NCBI GenBank assembly: GCA_963737065.1
Contig: CAVTRC010000001.1
Span: 2,112,001 to 2,176,000, forward strand
Reading direction: 5' to 3'
Origin: Candidatus Eremiobacteria bacterium
GTDB taxonomy: Bacteria; Vulcanimicrobiota; Vulcanimicrobiia; Vulcanimicrobiales; Vulcanimicrobiaceae
DNA length: 64,000 nucleotides
Below, piece after piece: positions 31,276-41,221 of the stretch (its first letter is position 1; every line of letters begins with the position of its first letter). Below the pieces are notes generated by a model. It was given only the letters and a program-made list of their open reading frames with translations, did no database searches and had not been told where the DNA came from. The position numbers and the translations under genes were made by a program.

Positions 31276-32187
31276 CTATGGGCCTCCTCGTCCCGCCGTC
31301 GCTCCGAAGACTTGTCCGGTCGAATAACTCGTTGTGTCAGCCGCGAGTGTCACGTAGAGCGGCGCGAGTTCCGCCGGTTGTCCCGCGCGTTTATACGGCG
31401 TATTTGCGCCGAACTGCGGAAGCGCGGACGTGGGTTGGCCGCCGCTGACCTGCAGCGGCGTCCAAATCGGGCCGGGTGCAACGGCGTTCACGCGGATGCC
31501 CTTCGGTGCGAGTTGCTTGGCGAGTGCCTTCGTCCACGCGACAATAGCTGCTTTCGTCGACGCGTAGTCGAGAAGATTCTCACCGGGCTCGTATGCTTCG
31601 ACCGATGCGGTGTTGATGACGCTGGAACCCGGTCCCATATGCGCGACGGCAGCCTTCGTGATCCAAAACATCGCGTAGATATTCGTCTTGAACGTCCAAT
31701 CGAACAGTTCGGTCGTCAGTTCATCCAATGAGTCGAGCGAATGTTGTCGTGCCGCGTTGCTAACGAGAATGTCCAATCCACCCATGCGTTGCGCCGCCGT
31801 GTCGACTAAACGGCGGCAGAACGCTTCTTCCCGGATGTCGCCCGGAATCGCAACCGCGTTGCGTCCTGCTTCACGAACCAATTGCGCGACTTCTTGTGCG
31901 TCGGGTTCTTCAGCCGGAAGGTAATTGATTGCCACGTCTGCACCTTCGCGTGCGAATGCGATTGCCACCGCCCGTCCGATTCCGGAATCGCCTCCCGTGA
32001 TCAGCGCTTTACGGCCGGCCAATTTGTTCGAGCCGGTATAGGAGTCTTCGCCGTGATCCGGACGTGGTTGCATTTCCGACGCCAGACCCGGCCATGCTTG
32101 TGATTGTTCCGGAAACGGCGGCTTGGGATATTGCGGAATCGAACCGCGTTCGCGGGTCGTGCTCGATGTTTGTTGCGTTTCTGGCAT
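31276..32187 (-). CDS. SDR oxidoreductase (YghA/YhxD-like)
   Basis: PDHGEDSY.G..KL.GRKALITGGDSGIG, YASTK and VAPGPIWTPL. ATG at 32187 with AGGAG. Confidence 0.93.
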   Translation of the reverse strand: MPETQQTSSTTRERGSIPQYPKPPFPEQSQAWPGLASEMQPRPDHGEDSYTGSNKLAGRKALITGGDSGIGRAVAIAFAREGADVAINYLPAEEPDAQEVAQLVREAGRNAVAIPGDIREEAFCRRLVDTAAQRMGGLDILVSNAARQHSLDSLDELTTELFDWTFKTNIYAMFWITKAAVAHMGPGSSVINTASVEAYEPGENLLDYASTKAAIVAWTKALAKQLAPKGIRVNAVAPGPIWTPLQVSGGQPTSALPQFGANTPYKRAGQPAELAPLYVTLAADTTSYSTGQVFGATAGRGGP

Positions 32188-32233
32188 GCTTGTGTCTCCT
32201 CGCGACCGTCTGGCAGTACCCATCGTGACAAGC

Positions 32234-32292
32234 ATTACGAATCTAATTGACAGCGCGCCGACATCGCGGTATGGTGCTACTACAAATCTAAT
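32234..32292 (+). promoter_or_regulatory. blaI-like promoter flanked by two BlaI/MecI/CopY-type operators
   Basis: TTGACA(32247)-17 bp-TATGGT(32270). Near-palindromes ATTACGAATCTAAT (32234) and ACTACAAATCTAAT (32279) resemble TACA-N2-TGTA. Confidence 0.7.
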
Positions 32293-32305
32293 AGCCGGAG
32301 AGACC

Positions 32306-32692
32306 GTGCCGAGGAAGAAATCCGCGACGCTTACCGACCACGAACTACGCCTAATGACCGTCTTGTGGCGAGAAGGCCGCGGCACGGTCGCCGACGTGCT
32401 TGCCGGGCTCGAACCGCCCGCCCTCGCGTATAGCACCGTGCTAACGACGTTGCGCACGCTCGAACAAAAAGGCTACATCGTACATGAAGAGTACGGCCGG
32501 GCATACGTTTACCGCCCGCTAATCGCGCGGAGTGACGCAGCGAAATCGGCGATCGATCATTTGCTCGGGCGCTTTTTCGGAAATTCTCCCGGCGCACTCG
32601 CCGTCGCGCTCCTCGACGACGGACCGCTGCATAGAGACGATCTCGCGAAGATTGAACAATTACTTTCGAAGCGGAAGAAGCGCTCGCAATGA
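32306..32692 (+). CDS. BlaI/MecI/CopY family repressor
   Basis: LTDHELRLMTVLW, LAYSTVLTTL..LEQKG, GRAYVYRP and FFGNS. Confidence 0.93.
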   Translation: MPRKKSATLTDHELRLMTVLWREGRGTVADVLAGLEPPALAYSTVLTTLRTLEQKGYIVHEEYGRAYVYRPLIARSDAAKSAIDHLLGRFFGNSPGALAVALLDDGPLHRDDLAKIEQLLSKRKKRSQ

Positions 32693-33945
32693 TCGTAGCA
32701 ATACTCGCGAACGGACTTTGGCAGGGAGCGTTCATCGCCGCAATCGCGTTGCTCGCCGCGCGATTATTCGCGCGAGAGAGTGCGTCGACACGGTATGCGA
32801 TTTGGCTCGTCGCACTGCTCGCGCTTCCCATTGTCGCGGCGTGCACGACCCTATATCCGATTCATCTTCCGGCGGCCGGCGGCGCGTCAAGTGCAGCCGC
32901 ACACATCCGCATAACGCTGGTACGCGCGAACGCGCTCGCCGATCGTGCCACGCCGCTCGCCGTTCCGGCACTCGCGATCTGGATCGCCGGAGCCGTATTG
33001 TCATTCGCGCGGCTGGCCGTAAGCGCTGCCCGGATCGCGCGCGTCAGGCGGAGCGCAAGGCCGTTACTCGGATACGACGACGTGCTGGCTTCGACTGAGA
33101 TCACGATGCCAATAGCAACCGGTATCCTTTCGCCTATCGTCGTTGTCCCGAACGACGTCGCGCAGCGCCTCTCGCCGCCGGATCTCAAGCGGATCGTTGC
33201 GCACGAGCGCGCGCACATCGAACGACGCGATGTTGCGACAAATTTTCTACAGCGTGTGATCGAAGCGGTGTTGTTCTTCAATCCGTGGGTGTACGTGATG
33301 GGTCATTACCTTGTGAAGGAGCGTGAGGCCGCCTCGGACGACGTCGCGGTCGCACGCACCGGCGAGATCGACGGATACGTTACGTGTCTTGCCGCGCTCG
33401 CACGGAATAGGATGACATCGCCGACATCGCTTGTTTCGCCGAGCGCCTTGGGCTCGAGGCGCGCACTCATGCAACGCATAGAGCGCCTCGTCGACGAGCG
33501 CCGGCGTCGTACCCTGAAATTAAATTACTACACATTGGGAGGAACGATCGTGCTCTTTGCTGTCGCGACGCTTGCGTTGCAATTGATTTCACCGGCGTTG
33601 GCTGCATCGAATGATGGAGCGCCACCTGTATCGGCGGCGGTTGCCGCGGCGACGTGCGAGCATCCGAATACGGATGCGAAAGTACTGGTCGCCGCTCAGC
33701 CCAACATTTCAGACGCCGAACTGAAGGTGCAGCATGCTCGCGGCGCGGCGCTCGTCGACGTCACAATCGCAGGCGACGGAAGCGTGCAAAAAACGCGTCT
33801 CGTGAAGTCCAGCGGGTATTCGCTGATCGATCATGCGGCAATCGATGCGGCACGCGCGAGCACGTACAGTGCGGCCACGCGTAATTGCGCCGCCGTTCCT
33901 GGAAACTACATTTTTAGAGTTGACGTCGAACCGGCGGGTGACTAA
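32689..33945 (+). CDS. M56 (BlaR1-like) metallopeptidase with C-terminal TonB-C domain
   Basis: HERAH..RRD, FFNP and ERE.ASD; C-terminal [27 protein letters not shown] overlap with the repressor. Confidence 0.9.
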   Translation: MIVAILANGLWQGAFIAAIALLAARLFARESASTRYAIWLVALLALPIVAACTTLYPIHLPAAGGASSAAAHIRITLVRANALADRATPLAVPALAIWIAGAVLSFARLAVSAARIARVRRSARPLLGYDDVLASTEITMPIATGILSPIVVVPNDVAQRLSPPDLKRIVAHERAHIERRDVATNFLQRVIEAVLFFNPWVYVMGHYLVKEREAASDDVAVARTGEIDGYVTCLAALARNRMTSPTSLVSPSALGSRRALMQRIERLVDERRRRTLKLNYYTLGGTIVLFAVATLALQLISPALAASNDGAPPVSAAVAAATCEHPNTDAKVLVAAQPNISDAELKVQHARGAALVDVTIAGDGSVQKTRLVKSSGYSLIDHAAIDAARASTYSAATRNCAAVPGNYIFRVDVEPAGD

Positions 33946-34235
33946 CCGCCCGCAATTGCACCCACGATCAACAACGGTTCGCTTCCCGACGTGACGGCGT
34001 CGGGAAGCGGTGCGTCGAGTGATTGATGCGAAAGATCGCGCTCGCACGCAAAGAAACGGATGTAGGAACGGCGTCGCTGCGTGTAGTGATCGCGAATCGT
34101 TCCCCGCAGCATCGGATACCGGCTCTCGATCGCGTCGATGACGGTTGCAGCGGTCGCGGGCTCAGCCTCGACCGCGACCTCACCGTCCACGCGTGCGAGC
34201 GCGCGCAAATTTGGCGGCAGTACGACGCGGATCAC
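33942..34235 (-). CDS. MoaD/ThiS ubiquitin-like protein
   Basis: About 97 aa ending AIAGG; GTGA-coupled to the upstream gene. Confidence 0.9.
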   Translation of the reverse strand: MIRVVLPPNLRALARVDGEVAVEAEPATAATVIDAIESRYPMLRGTIRDHYTQRRRSYIRFFACERDLSHQSLDAPLPDAVTSGSEPLLIVGAIAGG

Positions 34236-35347
34236 TGCAGTGTTTGTACCTCGACCGACAACACCGCGGGCAAATCGTGCACGATCGCGTTCCACGTGTC
34301 TCCACCATTGGCCGAAACGTACACGGCGCCGCCCGTCGTGCCGAAATAGACGCCGCAGCCGTCTAGCTTATCGACCGCCATTGCATCGCGCAGAACGTTG
34401 ACGTAGCAGTTTTCTTGCGGTAATCCGTTCGTCAGCGGCTCCCATTCGTCGCCACCGCTGCGGCTGCGATACACCCTCAACTGTCCGTCCGGCGGGAAAT
34501 GATGCGAGTCGCTTGTGATCGGCACGACGTAGACCGTCTCCGGTTCATGTGCATGTACGTCGATCGGGAAACCGAAGTCGGTCGGCAGATTTCCGCTCAC
34601 TTCACGCCATGAATCACCGGCGTCGTCCGAACGCATCACGTCCCAATGCTTTTGCATGAAGAGCGTTTGCGGCCGTGACGGATGCATCGCAATCCGATGA
34701 ACGCAGTGGCCGACTTCCGCGTCTTCATCCGGGATATATTGCGAGCGCAAACCGCGATTGATCGGCTTCCAAGTTTCGCCGCAGTCATCGGAACGGAACG
34801 CTCCGGCCGCGGAGATGGCCGTATAGATGCGTTGCGGGTCAGACGGGTCTAGAATGACGGTGTGCAAGCACATGCCGCCCGCACCCGGCTGCCAGGACGA
34901 ACCCGTGCTGTGATTGCGCAACCCGGAAAGTTCTCGCCATGTCGCGCCGCCGTCCGTAGATTTGAACAACGCGGCATCTTCGATGCCGGCGTACACCGTG
35001 TCGGGATCGGCGAGCGACGGCTCGAGGTGCCACACGCGTTTGAATTCCCACGGACGGGGCGTGCCGTCGTACCACTGGTGCGTGCCCGGTACGCCGTCAT
35101 AAGCGAATTCGTTGCCGACGGTCTCCCAGGTTTTACCGGCGTCGTCGGAGCGTTGCATGACCTGTCCGAACCAGCTGCTGGTTTGCGAGGCATAAATCCG
35201 GTTCGGATCGACAGGCGACCCTTTGACATGGTAGATTTCCCAGCCGGGAAAGTGCGGCCCGTCGACGCGCCACGCGTCACGCTTCCCGTCGGAACTCAAA
35301 ATGAACGCGCCCTTCCGCGTTCCCACAAGAACTCGCACGCTGCTCAT
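34232..35347 (-). CDS. Cytoplasmic BNR/Asp-box beta-propeller (sialidase-like)
   Basis: VGTRKG and repeated S.D.G.TW boxes; no signal peptide. Confidence 0.88.
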   Translation of the reverse strand: MSSVRVLVGTRKGAFILSSDGKRDAWRVDGPHFPGWEIYHVKGSPVDPNRIYASQTSSWFGQVMQRSDDAGKTWETVGNEFAYDGVPGTHQWYDGTPRPWEFKRVWHLEPSLADPDTVYAGIEDAALFKSTDGGATWRELSGLRNHSTGSSWQPGAGGMCLHTVILDPSDPQRIYTAISAAGAFRSDDCGETWKPINRGLRSQYIPDEDAEVGHCVHRIAMHPSRPQTLFMQKHWDVMRSDDAGDSWREVSGNLPTDFGFPIDVHAHEPETVYVVPITSDSHHFPPDGQLRVYRSRSGGDEWEPLTNGLPQENCYVNVLRDAMAVDKLDGCGVYFGTTGGAVYVSANGGDTWNAIVHDLPAVLSVEVQTLQ

Positions 35348-35410
35348 GGCGTGCGACTAGCCCGCCGGCTTGCGCCCCTCCTTCATTAAGATGCCGGCGC
35401 GTGGCGGCCG

Positions 35411-35608
35411 ATGGTATCGAGTGTGAGCGTTCTCCCTCTCTCGGTCTCCGTCTCGTGGGCGATTTCGCAGTACCGCCAGGTGTTGTCCGTCATCGCGTCG
35501 CGTACGGAGTCCTTGCGCCAGATCGTCAAGACGCCCAAAGAGTCGCCCGAGCTGCGTCAATATCTGCGCTCGATCGGAATCGGACGGAATATCGACATCT
35601 ACGCGTAA
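35411..35608 (+). CDS. Small hypothetical protein with YjfB-like C-terminus
   Basis: 65 aa ending GRNIDIYA; abuts the cupin gene. Confidence 0.5.
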   Translation: MVSSVSVLPLSVSVSWAISQYRQVLSVIASRTESLRQIVKTPKESPELRQYLRSIGIGRNIDIYA

Positions 35609-35618
35609 CGACGCGTAG

Positions 35619-36098
35619 ATGCGCAAAGTCAATGTCAACGAACTCGAAGAGCCGGGCTGGCATTCACCCAAAGGCACGTTTCAAGGATCGAGCAAGAACA
35701 TTTCGTTAGCCCTCGGCCGCGATCCCGACTCGTCCGACTATATCGAGCGCCAGCCCTTCGATCTCGAACTCCTTCGGATTCCGCCTGGGAAGAAACCTTA
35801 TCCGTATCACGCGCACAGCCATCAGTGGGAATTTTATCTCGTCGTCTCGGGAAGCGGGCTCGCGCGTGACGATGACGGTACGACGCGCATCGTCGCTGGT
35901 GACGCGTTCCTGTATAAGCCCGGCGAAGCGCACCAACTCATCAACGACGGTGACGAGGATTTGCTCCTCTACGTCATTGCGGATAACCCGTTTAACGACC
36001 ACGCGTACTATCCCGACAGTCAGAAGTGGTCGGTGAAGATTCCGGTGCGCCGGTTGCTGCGAGGCGACGATCTGGAGTACTTCGACCGAGAAGAGTAG
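35619..36098 (+). CDS. Cupin domain protein
   Basis: PYHAH...EFY.V..G.G, AHQLIN and YYPDSQK. Confidence 0.87.
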   Translation: MRKVNVNELEEPGWHSPKGTFQGSSKNISLALGRDPDSSDYIERQPFDLELLRIPPGKKPYPYHAHSHQWEFYLVVSGSGLARDDDGTTRIVAGDAFLYKPGEAHQLINDGDEDLLLYVIADNPFNDHAYYPDSQKWSVKIPVRRLLRGDDLEYFDREE

Positions 36099-36224
36099 GG
36101 ACAAGACGTTTGGCGTACAGGCTGTCGCCCGGCTTAACCGCAGGGCCAAAGGCCGCCGCTCATTCCCGTGCAAGCGGGGCTGGTAGATCGAAACACTTTC
36201 TATGAGTAGGAGAACGACGAGATT

Positions 36225-37652
36225 ATGCCGGAATTGCGCGAGTTTCTCGAGCTGCCGTACACCGAACTCGAAGAGATGAACTTGGCTGCGAAGCAGCAGC
36301 GCAAGGATCGGATCTCGCCCGGCAAAGTCGCCGACGAGCGTCTGCAGTATCTCGGGAAGGAGCCGCGGATCAAGGCCGTCACCGTGCTGTTCAGCGACCT
36401 CGAAGGACGCCTGCACATGCTGGACTACGATAAGAAGTTTTTGTTAAAGTCCCACGATAATCTGACGTTCGACGGCTCGTCGATTCGCGGATTCACCGCG
36501 CAGCGTGAAAGCGATCTTCGGCTTTCGCTCGACTGGGCATCGTTTTATTGGGCGCCCGCAGATTGCTTCGGTGCCGGCAAGGTGCTCGTTTTCGCCGACG
36601 TGCTCAATCGCGACGGCACGCCGTTTGCAGCCGATGTGCGTGGTGTTTTGAAGGCGTTTTCGCAACAGTGTTTCGATCGTGACGGCTACACGCTCAATGC
36701 CGCGAACGAAATCGAAGGTTTCCTCTTTGAAGGCGTGGATGCCGAGCAGTGCTTTCCGGAAAAGGGCCGCTTCTCATACGTCAACACCGGCGGCTACTAC
36801 CATTCGCTGCCGGGTGATCCGCTTCGCACGTTCATCGATACGGTTGCCGAAGTGCAGCGCGCGATGGGCTTCGAGAACGAGAAAGATCACCCGGAAGTCG
36901 CGCCGTCGCAATTCGAGATCAACTACGGCTATGGCGAAGTCGTTGCCGGTGCCGATCAAATTCAACTGTACAAATTGATCTGCCGTCAAGTTGCGACGCG
37001 CATGGGATTGACTGCGAGCTTCCTCCCCAAACCGGTCGTCGGCGTCAACGGCAGCGGCATGCACACGAACGTCTCGGTGAGCAAAGACGGAAAGAATCTC
37101 TTCTGGGACCCGAGCGGCGAAGAGAAGATGAGCCAGACCGCGTGGCAGTTCATCGATCGCATCCTGACGCACGGCAACGATATTTGCTTGATGCTCAACG
37201 CGAGTGTCAACGCGTACCGGCGGCTCGATCCGCATTTCGAAGCGCCCAATCAAATCAAGGCATCGGCGGTCGATCGCGGATCAATGGTTCGCATTCCGAT
37301 CGGGAACGAACGCAGCGCGCGCGTCGAAGTCCGCTCGGTCGCGCCGGACGCGAATCCCTACATGGTCATGCTTTCAGTGTTCAAGACCGGCCTCGAAGGC
37401 GAGATCAGTTCGCAAACCGGCTTGCGTCAGGCCGAGCGCTACTTGCCCGACAACATCTACGACGCACTCGAGAACTTCCGCAACGCCGAGTGGACATCGC
37501 AGCTGCTCGCTCCGGACGTCAAACAGCGCTACGCCGAACTCAAACAAGCAAGTGCCGATCGTTGCGCGCGCTTACTGGGCAGCTTCGTGAAAGCGCCCGA
37601 GGTGCAATATCATCACGAAGTATACAACCAGTATCTTTGGAACGATTTCTGA
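36225..37652 (+). CDS. glnA: Glutamine synthetase family protein
   Basis: FDGSSIRGF, EIEGF, HPEVAPSQFE, PKP..NGSGMH.N, AYRRL.P and RVEVRS. Confidence 0.88.
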   Translation: MPELREFLELPYTELEEMNLAAKQQRKDRISPGKVADERLQYLGKEPRIKAVTVLFSDLEGRLHMLDYDKKFLLKSHDNLTFDGSSIRGFTAQRESDLRLSLDWASFYWAPADCFGAGKVLVFADVLNRDGTPFAADVRGVLKAFSQQCFDRDGYTLNAANEIEGFLFEGVDAEQCFPEKGRFSYVNTGGYYHSLPGDPLRTFIDTVAEVQRAMGFENEKDHPEVAPSQFEINYGYGEVVAGADQIQLYKLICRQVATRMGLTASFLPKPVVGVNGSGMHTNVSVSKDGKNLFWDPSGEEKMSQTAWQFIDRILTHGNDICLMLNASVNAYRRLDPHFEAPNQIKASAVDRGSMVRIPIGNERSARVEVRSVAPDANPYMVMLSVFKTGLEGEISSQTGLRQAERYLPDNIYDALENFRNAEWTSQLLAPDVKQRYAELKQASADRCARLLGSFVKAPEVQYHHEVYNQYLWNDF

Positions 37653-38261
37653 GATGGGATAAATCTGTTTTGAGCTGGCGTGGATTCGGGCGGCCTCTCT
37701 TTTATCTGAATCCTTAGGCGCTTTAGCCGCGATCGCGACGATCGCGATAGACCGCGCGCGCCGATCGCGACGAGCCGCAGTTCGATCCGGAACGTAATCT
37801 GTTCGCGGAAGCGCTCGACACGGCGACTGTACACGAGGCGTACGGTTCCAGCGCTCGCGACGTTGTGACGTCGCTCGATTCCGTTGCAAATGAGCGCGTG
37901 GATCTCGAAACGCGCGCAACGCTACCGAATCTCGAAGAAGATTGGCAGCGTGCCGTCGACGCACATAAGACGCACCCTACCGGCGATGCGCAAGACTCGA
38001 CCGGCGCGCGCGTGATGCACTCGCCGATGCCCAACGCCGATCGCGTATTAGCGACGTCGAGCGCCATCGCCGGCGTCGTGCTTGAGCACTTCGAGTTTCC
38101 GGTGTGGTTCGGGGCCGGGCAGTTCGTCGTTCTGCATTGACATTCGATCACCGCATCCATGTGCGCAGCAGTACGCCCCGAACGTGAGCGTTCATTTACG
38201 CGCTGGCCGCGGCGATCGACCGCGGCGGGTCCGCGACCCACTTCGCCGAATCGTTAGGACC

Positions 38262-38501
38262 ATGGCCGAGCTTGCGTACAGCGTGATACTTGAACCCGAA
38301 CCCGATGGCTCCGCCTGGAACGTCGTCGTTCCCGCACTACCCGAGGCCCACACGTGGGGCGAGACCCCCGAGCACGCGATGGAGATGGCCCGCGAGGTCA
38401 TCGAGCTTTGCCTCGAAGAACGGCGTGATCGCGGCGATGAGATTCCGGTCAGCGATGCGGCCCGGACACGCCTCGTCACCGTAACCGTCCCCGCGGCGTA
38501 A
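38262..38501 (+). CDS. hicB: HicB-like antitoxin (short, no DNA-binding domain)
   Basis: YSVILE..W.VVVPALP..TWGET..A...A.E.I.L..E...G..IP. Confidence 0.88.
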   Translation: MAELAYSVILEPEPDGSAWNVVVPALPEAHTWGETPEHAMEMAREVIELCLEERRDRGDEIPVSDAARTRLVTVTVPAA

Positions 38502-38699
38502 GCGCGGTCCCATGATGGAACGACCCGTGCGCCGGCTCGCCGGCGGATTTTCTACTGGCCGGCGGACAGGTTCGCGACCCCGGCGTATAAATATATATCA
38601 GGCGATGAACGTCGCCACACCAGCAGCAGCAATCACATTCACGGTCGCCACGCTCGCGGCGCTCTTATTCAGTCCGGGACCTTTTAGGAGCGCCCTGCC

Positions 38700-38930
38700 G
38701 TGAGCAACAAACTACCCGTAGTTCGTCCCGACCGTCTGCTGCGCGTGCTGTTGCGCCTTGGATTCGCGGAAACGCGCGTCAAAGGTTCGCACCATTTCTT
38801 GCGTCATCCAGACGGCCGCGTCACGACCGTTTCGACGCACGGCGGCTCAAAAGAAGTGCCGACCGGAACGCTCGCGGCGATTCTTTCCGATGTTCGCATA
38901 ACGGCCGACGAGCTGCGGAACTTGCTCTAA
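38700..38930 (+). CDS. hicA: HicA family mRNA interferase toxin
   Basis: LGF..RVKGSHH..HPDGR..V..H....GTL..IL. Confidence 0.9.
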   Translation: MSNKLPVVRPDRLLRVLLRLGFAETRVKGSHHFLRHPDGRVTTVSTHGGSKEVPTGTLAAILSDVRITADELRNLL

Positions 38931-39143
38931 AGTGTGATAACCGTATCGCGACTGCCATGTTCATGGTCATCCTCGAACCAGTACTGACCGCAAACTATAA
39001 GCTTTGCTGCTGCGTTCGTGCCAACCGCAACTGCAGAGCGTCCTTACGAGTGATCGCAGCTCCAATTTGACGTGCAAGAGAGCCTGATCGAAGTTGAATA
39101 CGGCGAGCGAGAAACATTCCGAATGGACGGCGACTTAGTGGAC

Positions 39144-39509
39144 TTAGCATATATTGCCCGGACGAGTGTCGTTTTCGCCGGCAAGAGGCCCCCACTCGGC
39201 GTGGTTTGCTTCGTCACCCGCCTCCTCGCGACGCATCTCAGCATGGGCTTTCGCTTTAAGCTGATTCGGAGGCGGCTCGACGTACCAGCTGACCGACTTT
39301 CCAGAACCTAGTTCGAAGCCCGCATCACGAAGGGCCCGCGCTTCTTTGAACCCATAGAAGCAGCGCGGAAAGAACAAAATGCCCGCAATAGCAGTCGCAG
39401 CCATCCAGATAGGAGACCAATGGGATACACTGCCGCCGACAATCGCGCACACCAGCGCAGATGCGAAACCGAAGAACGTCGAGTGCGCGCGTAACACCGT
39501 CGAGTTCAT
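39144..39509 (-). CDS. Hypothetical small membrane protein
   Basis: Two N-terminal hydrophobic segments; no family recognised. Confidence 0.35.
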   Translation of the reverse strand: MNSTVLRAHSTFFGFASALVCAIVGGSVSHWSPIWMAATAIAGILFFPRCFYGFKEARALRDAGFELGSGKSVSWYVEPPPNQLKAKAHAEMRREEAGDEANHAEWGPLAGENDTRPGNIC

Positions 39510-39835
39510 TCTAAGAATACCAATGTAAACCGAGATTCCCCAATATGACGCCGTTTCGAGCCGCTGCCGAATGCTTCCGGCCGCTTTTTGCGGTCCTGGA
39601 CAAGCCGAACGGTCGATTGGCGGTTCGCCGGCGTCTTTGGCGGCCCGTGCGGCGGCGAGAATTCCTATCGCGGGGCCCTGAATGACAAGCTATCCTGCGG
39701 GTACTCGTACGGCGGCCTCTGCAATAAACGATAGTGGAGCGCGCTAGCGTAGGTGGGAATTTCAGCAAGAAGTGATCGCCGTTTAAGAATTCAATTCTAC
39801 GCAATATCTCGCACCGCGATTTTGTCGCGCGAGCA

Positions 39836-40222
39836 CTAGTTTCTTCGGTTCTCATTGACGGCGATGGCGCTCGAAATACCGCTCTGGGCCTTACGCTTGA
39901 GGTACGCGTTCCAACGCGCATAGCCCCACCACAGGGCGCAGCCGATGGCAAACAGGATGCTTCCGACGAGCCACAAATGGGCTGCGGCAAACAAGACTCC
40001 CGCTACGAGAAGCAGCACGATGAACGGTATCAAAACGAAGCCAATGATGCGTTCGTGTAAACGATTGCCCGGTTTATAAATGACGAACATCAGGACGATG
40101 CCGATGTTCGTCAACAGCATCGTACCCCATGAGGCGGCCCCCTGGAGCGCGAAGTGGTTGAGAATTGCCGCCGTGAACGTTAGGGCAAGTGCGATAATGA
40201 GAATGATGTCGTTTCGTTTCAT
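39836..40222 (-). CDS. Hypothetical 4-TM membrane protein
   Basis: 128 aa with four hydrophobic helices. Confidence 0.6.
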   Translation of the reverse strand: MKRNDIILIIALALTFTAAILNHFALQGAASWGTMLLTNIGIVLMFVIYKPGNRLHERIIGFVLIPFIVLLLVAGVLFAAAHLWLVGSILFAIGCALWWGYARWNAYLKRKAQSGISSAIAVNENRRN

Positions 40223-40416
40223 GAGCGATTTCGTTGACGTCGTCGTTTGTACAGCCCGACGTTGCCCGATGGACTGGCCACGTTTGATCGTGACTTAAAT
40301 CCGTTCAAATTATTCTTGGACTCGACCTCTTCGTGATGCCGGGCCTCGTCTGCTAAAGCGAACGCTCGTACTGCCTGCTTGAATCCGTATAAACGCTGAC
40401 GCGCTAAACTATCCCT

Positions 40417-41181
40417 ATGCATGAACTGCGGAATACCGTTGCGCTCGTTACGGGCGCGAGTTCAGGAATAGGTGAGGCGACCGCACGCGCGCTTGCCGAA
40501 TGCGGCGCGAACATCGCGGTCGCGGCTCGCCGCCGCGACCGCCTTGAGACGTTGCGTGTGGCGGTTGAAGAGCGCGGAGGATCGGTGCACGTCCTTGAAG
40601 CGGACGTTACGGATCCGTCGCAAGCGGAATCGATCGTCAAAGAAACGCTCGAGGCGTTTGGCCGTCTTGATGTGCTCGTGAATAACGCCGGCGTAATGCT
40701 TCTCGGACCGGTCGTCAACGCACCGGTCGAAGAATGGCATCGAATGATCGATCTCAATGTCACTGCGCTCTTGCGATGCACGCACGCTGCATTACCGCAC
40801 CTCATCGACGCGGCGCAGAACGGACCGCGCCGCGTGGCGGACATCGTGAACATCAGCTCGGTCGCCGGCCGTGTTGCGCGAGCGAATTCCGGCGTCTACA
40901 ACGCAACGAAATTCGCCGTGGGTGCATTCAGCGAATCGCTGCGGCAAGAGGTTACAACGCAACACGTGCGGGTCGGCGTAGTCGAGCCTGGCTTTGTCAC
41001 GACCGAACTACAAAGTCACCTGCGTCCGGAAGTGGCGGAATCGTTGAAGGACCGCGTTGCCGCGATCACTGAACCGCTTCGCTCGCACGATATCGCCGAC
41101 GCAATTCTCTACATGGTGACACGTCCGCGGCACATGGCCGTCAACGAAATATTGATCCGGCCGACACAACAGGAAGGCTAG
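40417..41181 (+). CDS. SDR family NAD(P)-dependent oxidoreductase
   Basis: TGASSGIG, NNAG and YNATK. Confidence 0.93.
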   Translation: MHELRNTVALVTGASSGIGEATARALAECGANIAVAARRRDRLETLRVAVEERGGSVHVLEADVTDPSQAESIVKETLEAFGRLDVLVNNAGVMLLGPVVNAPVEEWHRMIDLNVTALLRCTHAALPHLIDAAQNGPRRVADIVNISSVAGRVARANSGVYNATKFAVGAFSESLRQEVTTQHVRVGVVEPGFVTTELQSHLRPEVAESLKDRVAAITEPLRSHDIADAILYMVTRPRHMAVNEILIRPTQQEG

Positions 41182-41221
41182 CGCGAGAAGAAGCATTGAG
41201 GCCGTAAACAAGGAGGCGTCG

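Noticed and set aside
36099..36224. Glutamine (glnA) riboswitch upstream of glnA
   Set aside because: No recognisable consensus or three-way junction.
37680..38260. Frameshifted hypothetical gene between glnA and hicB
   Set aside because: It looks partly coding, but the frames are broken and no motif supports a call.
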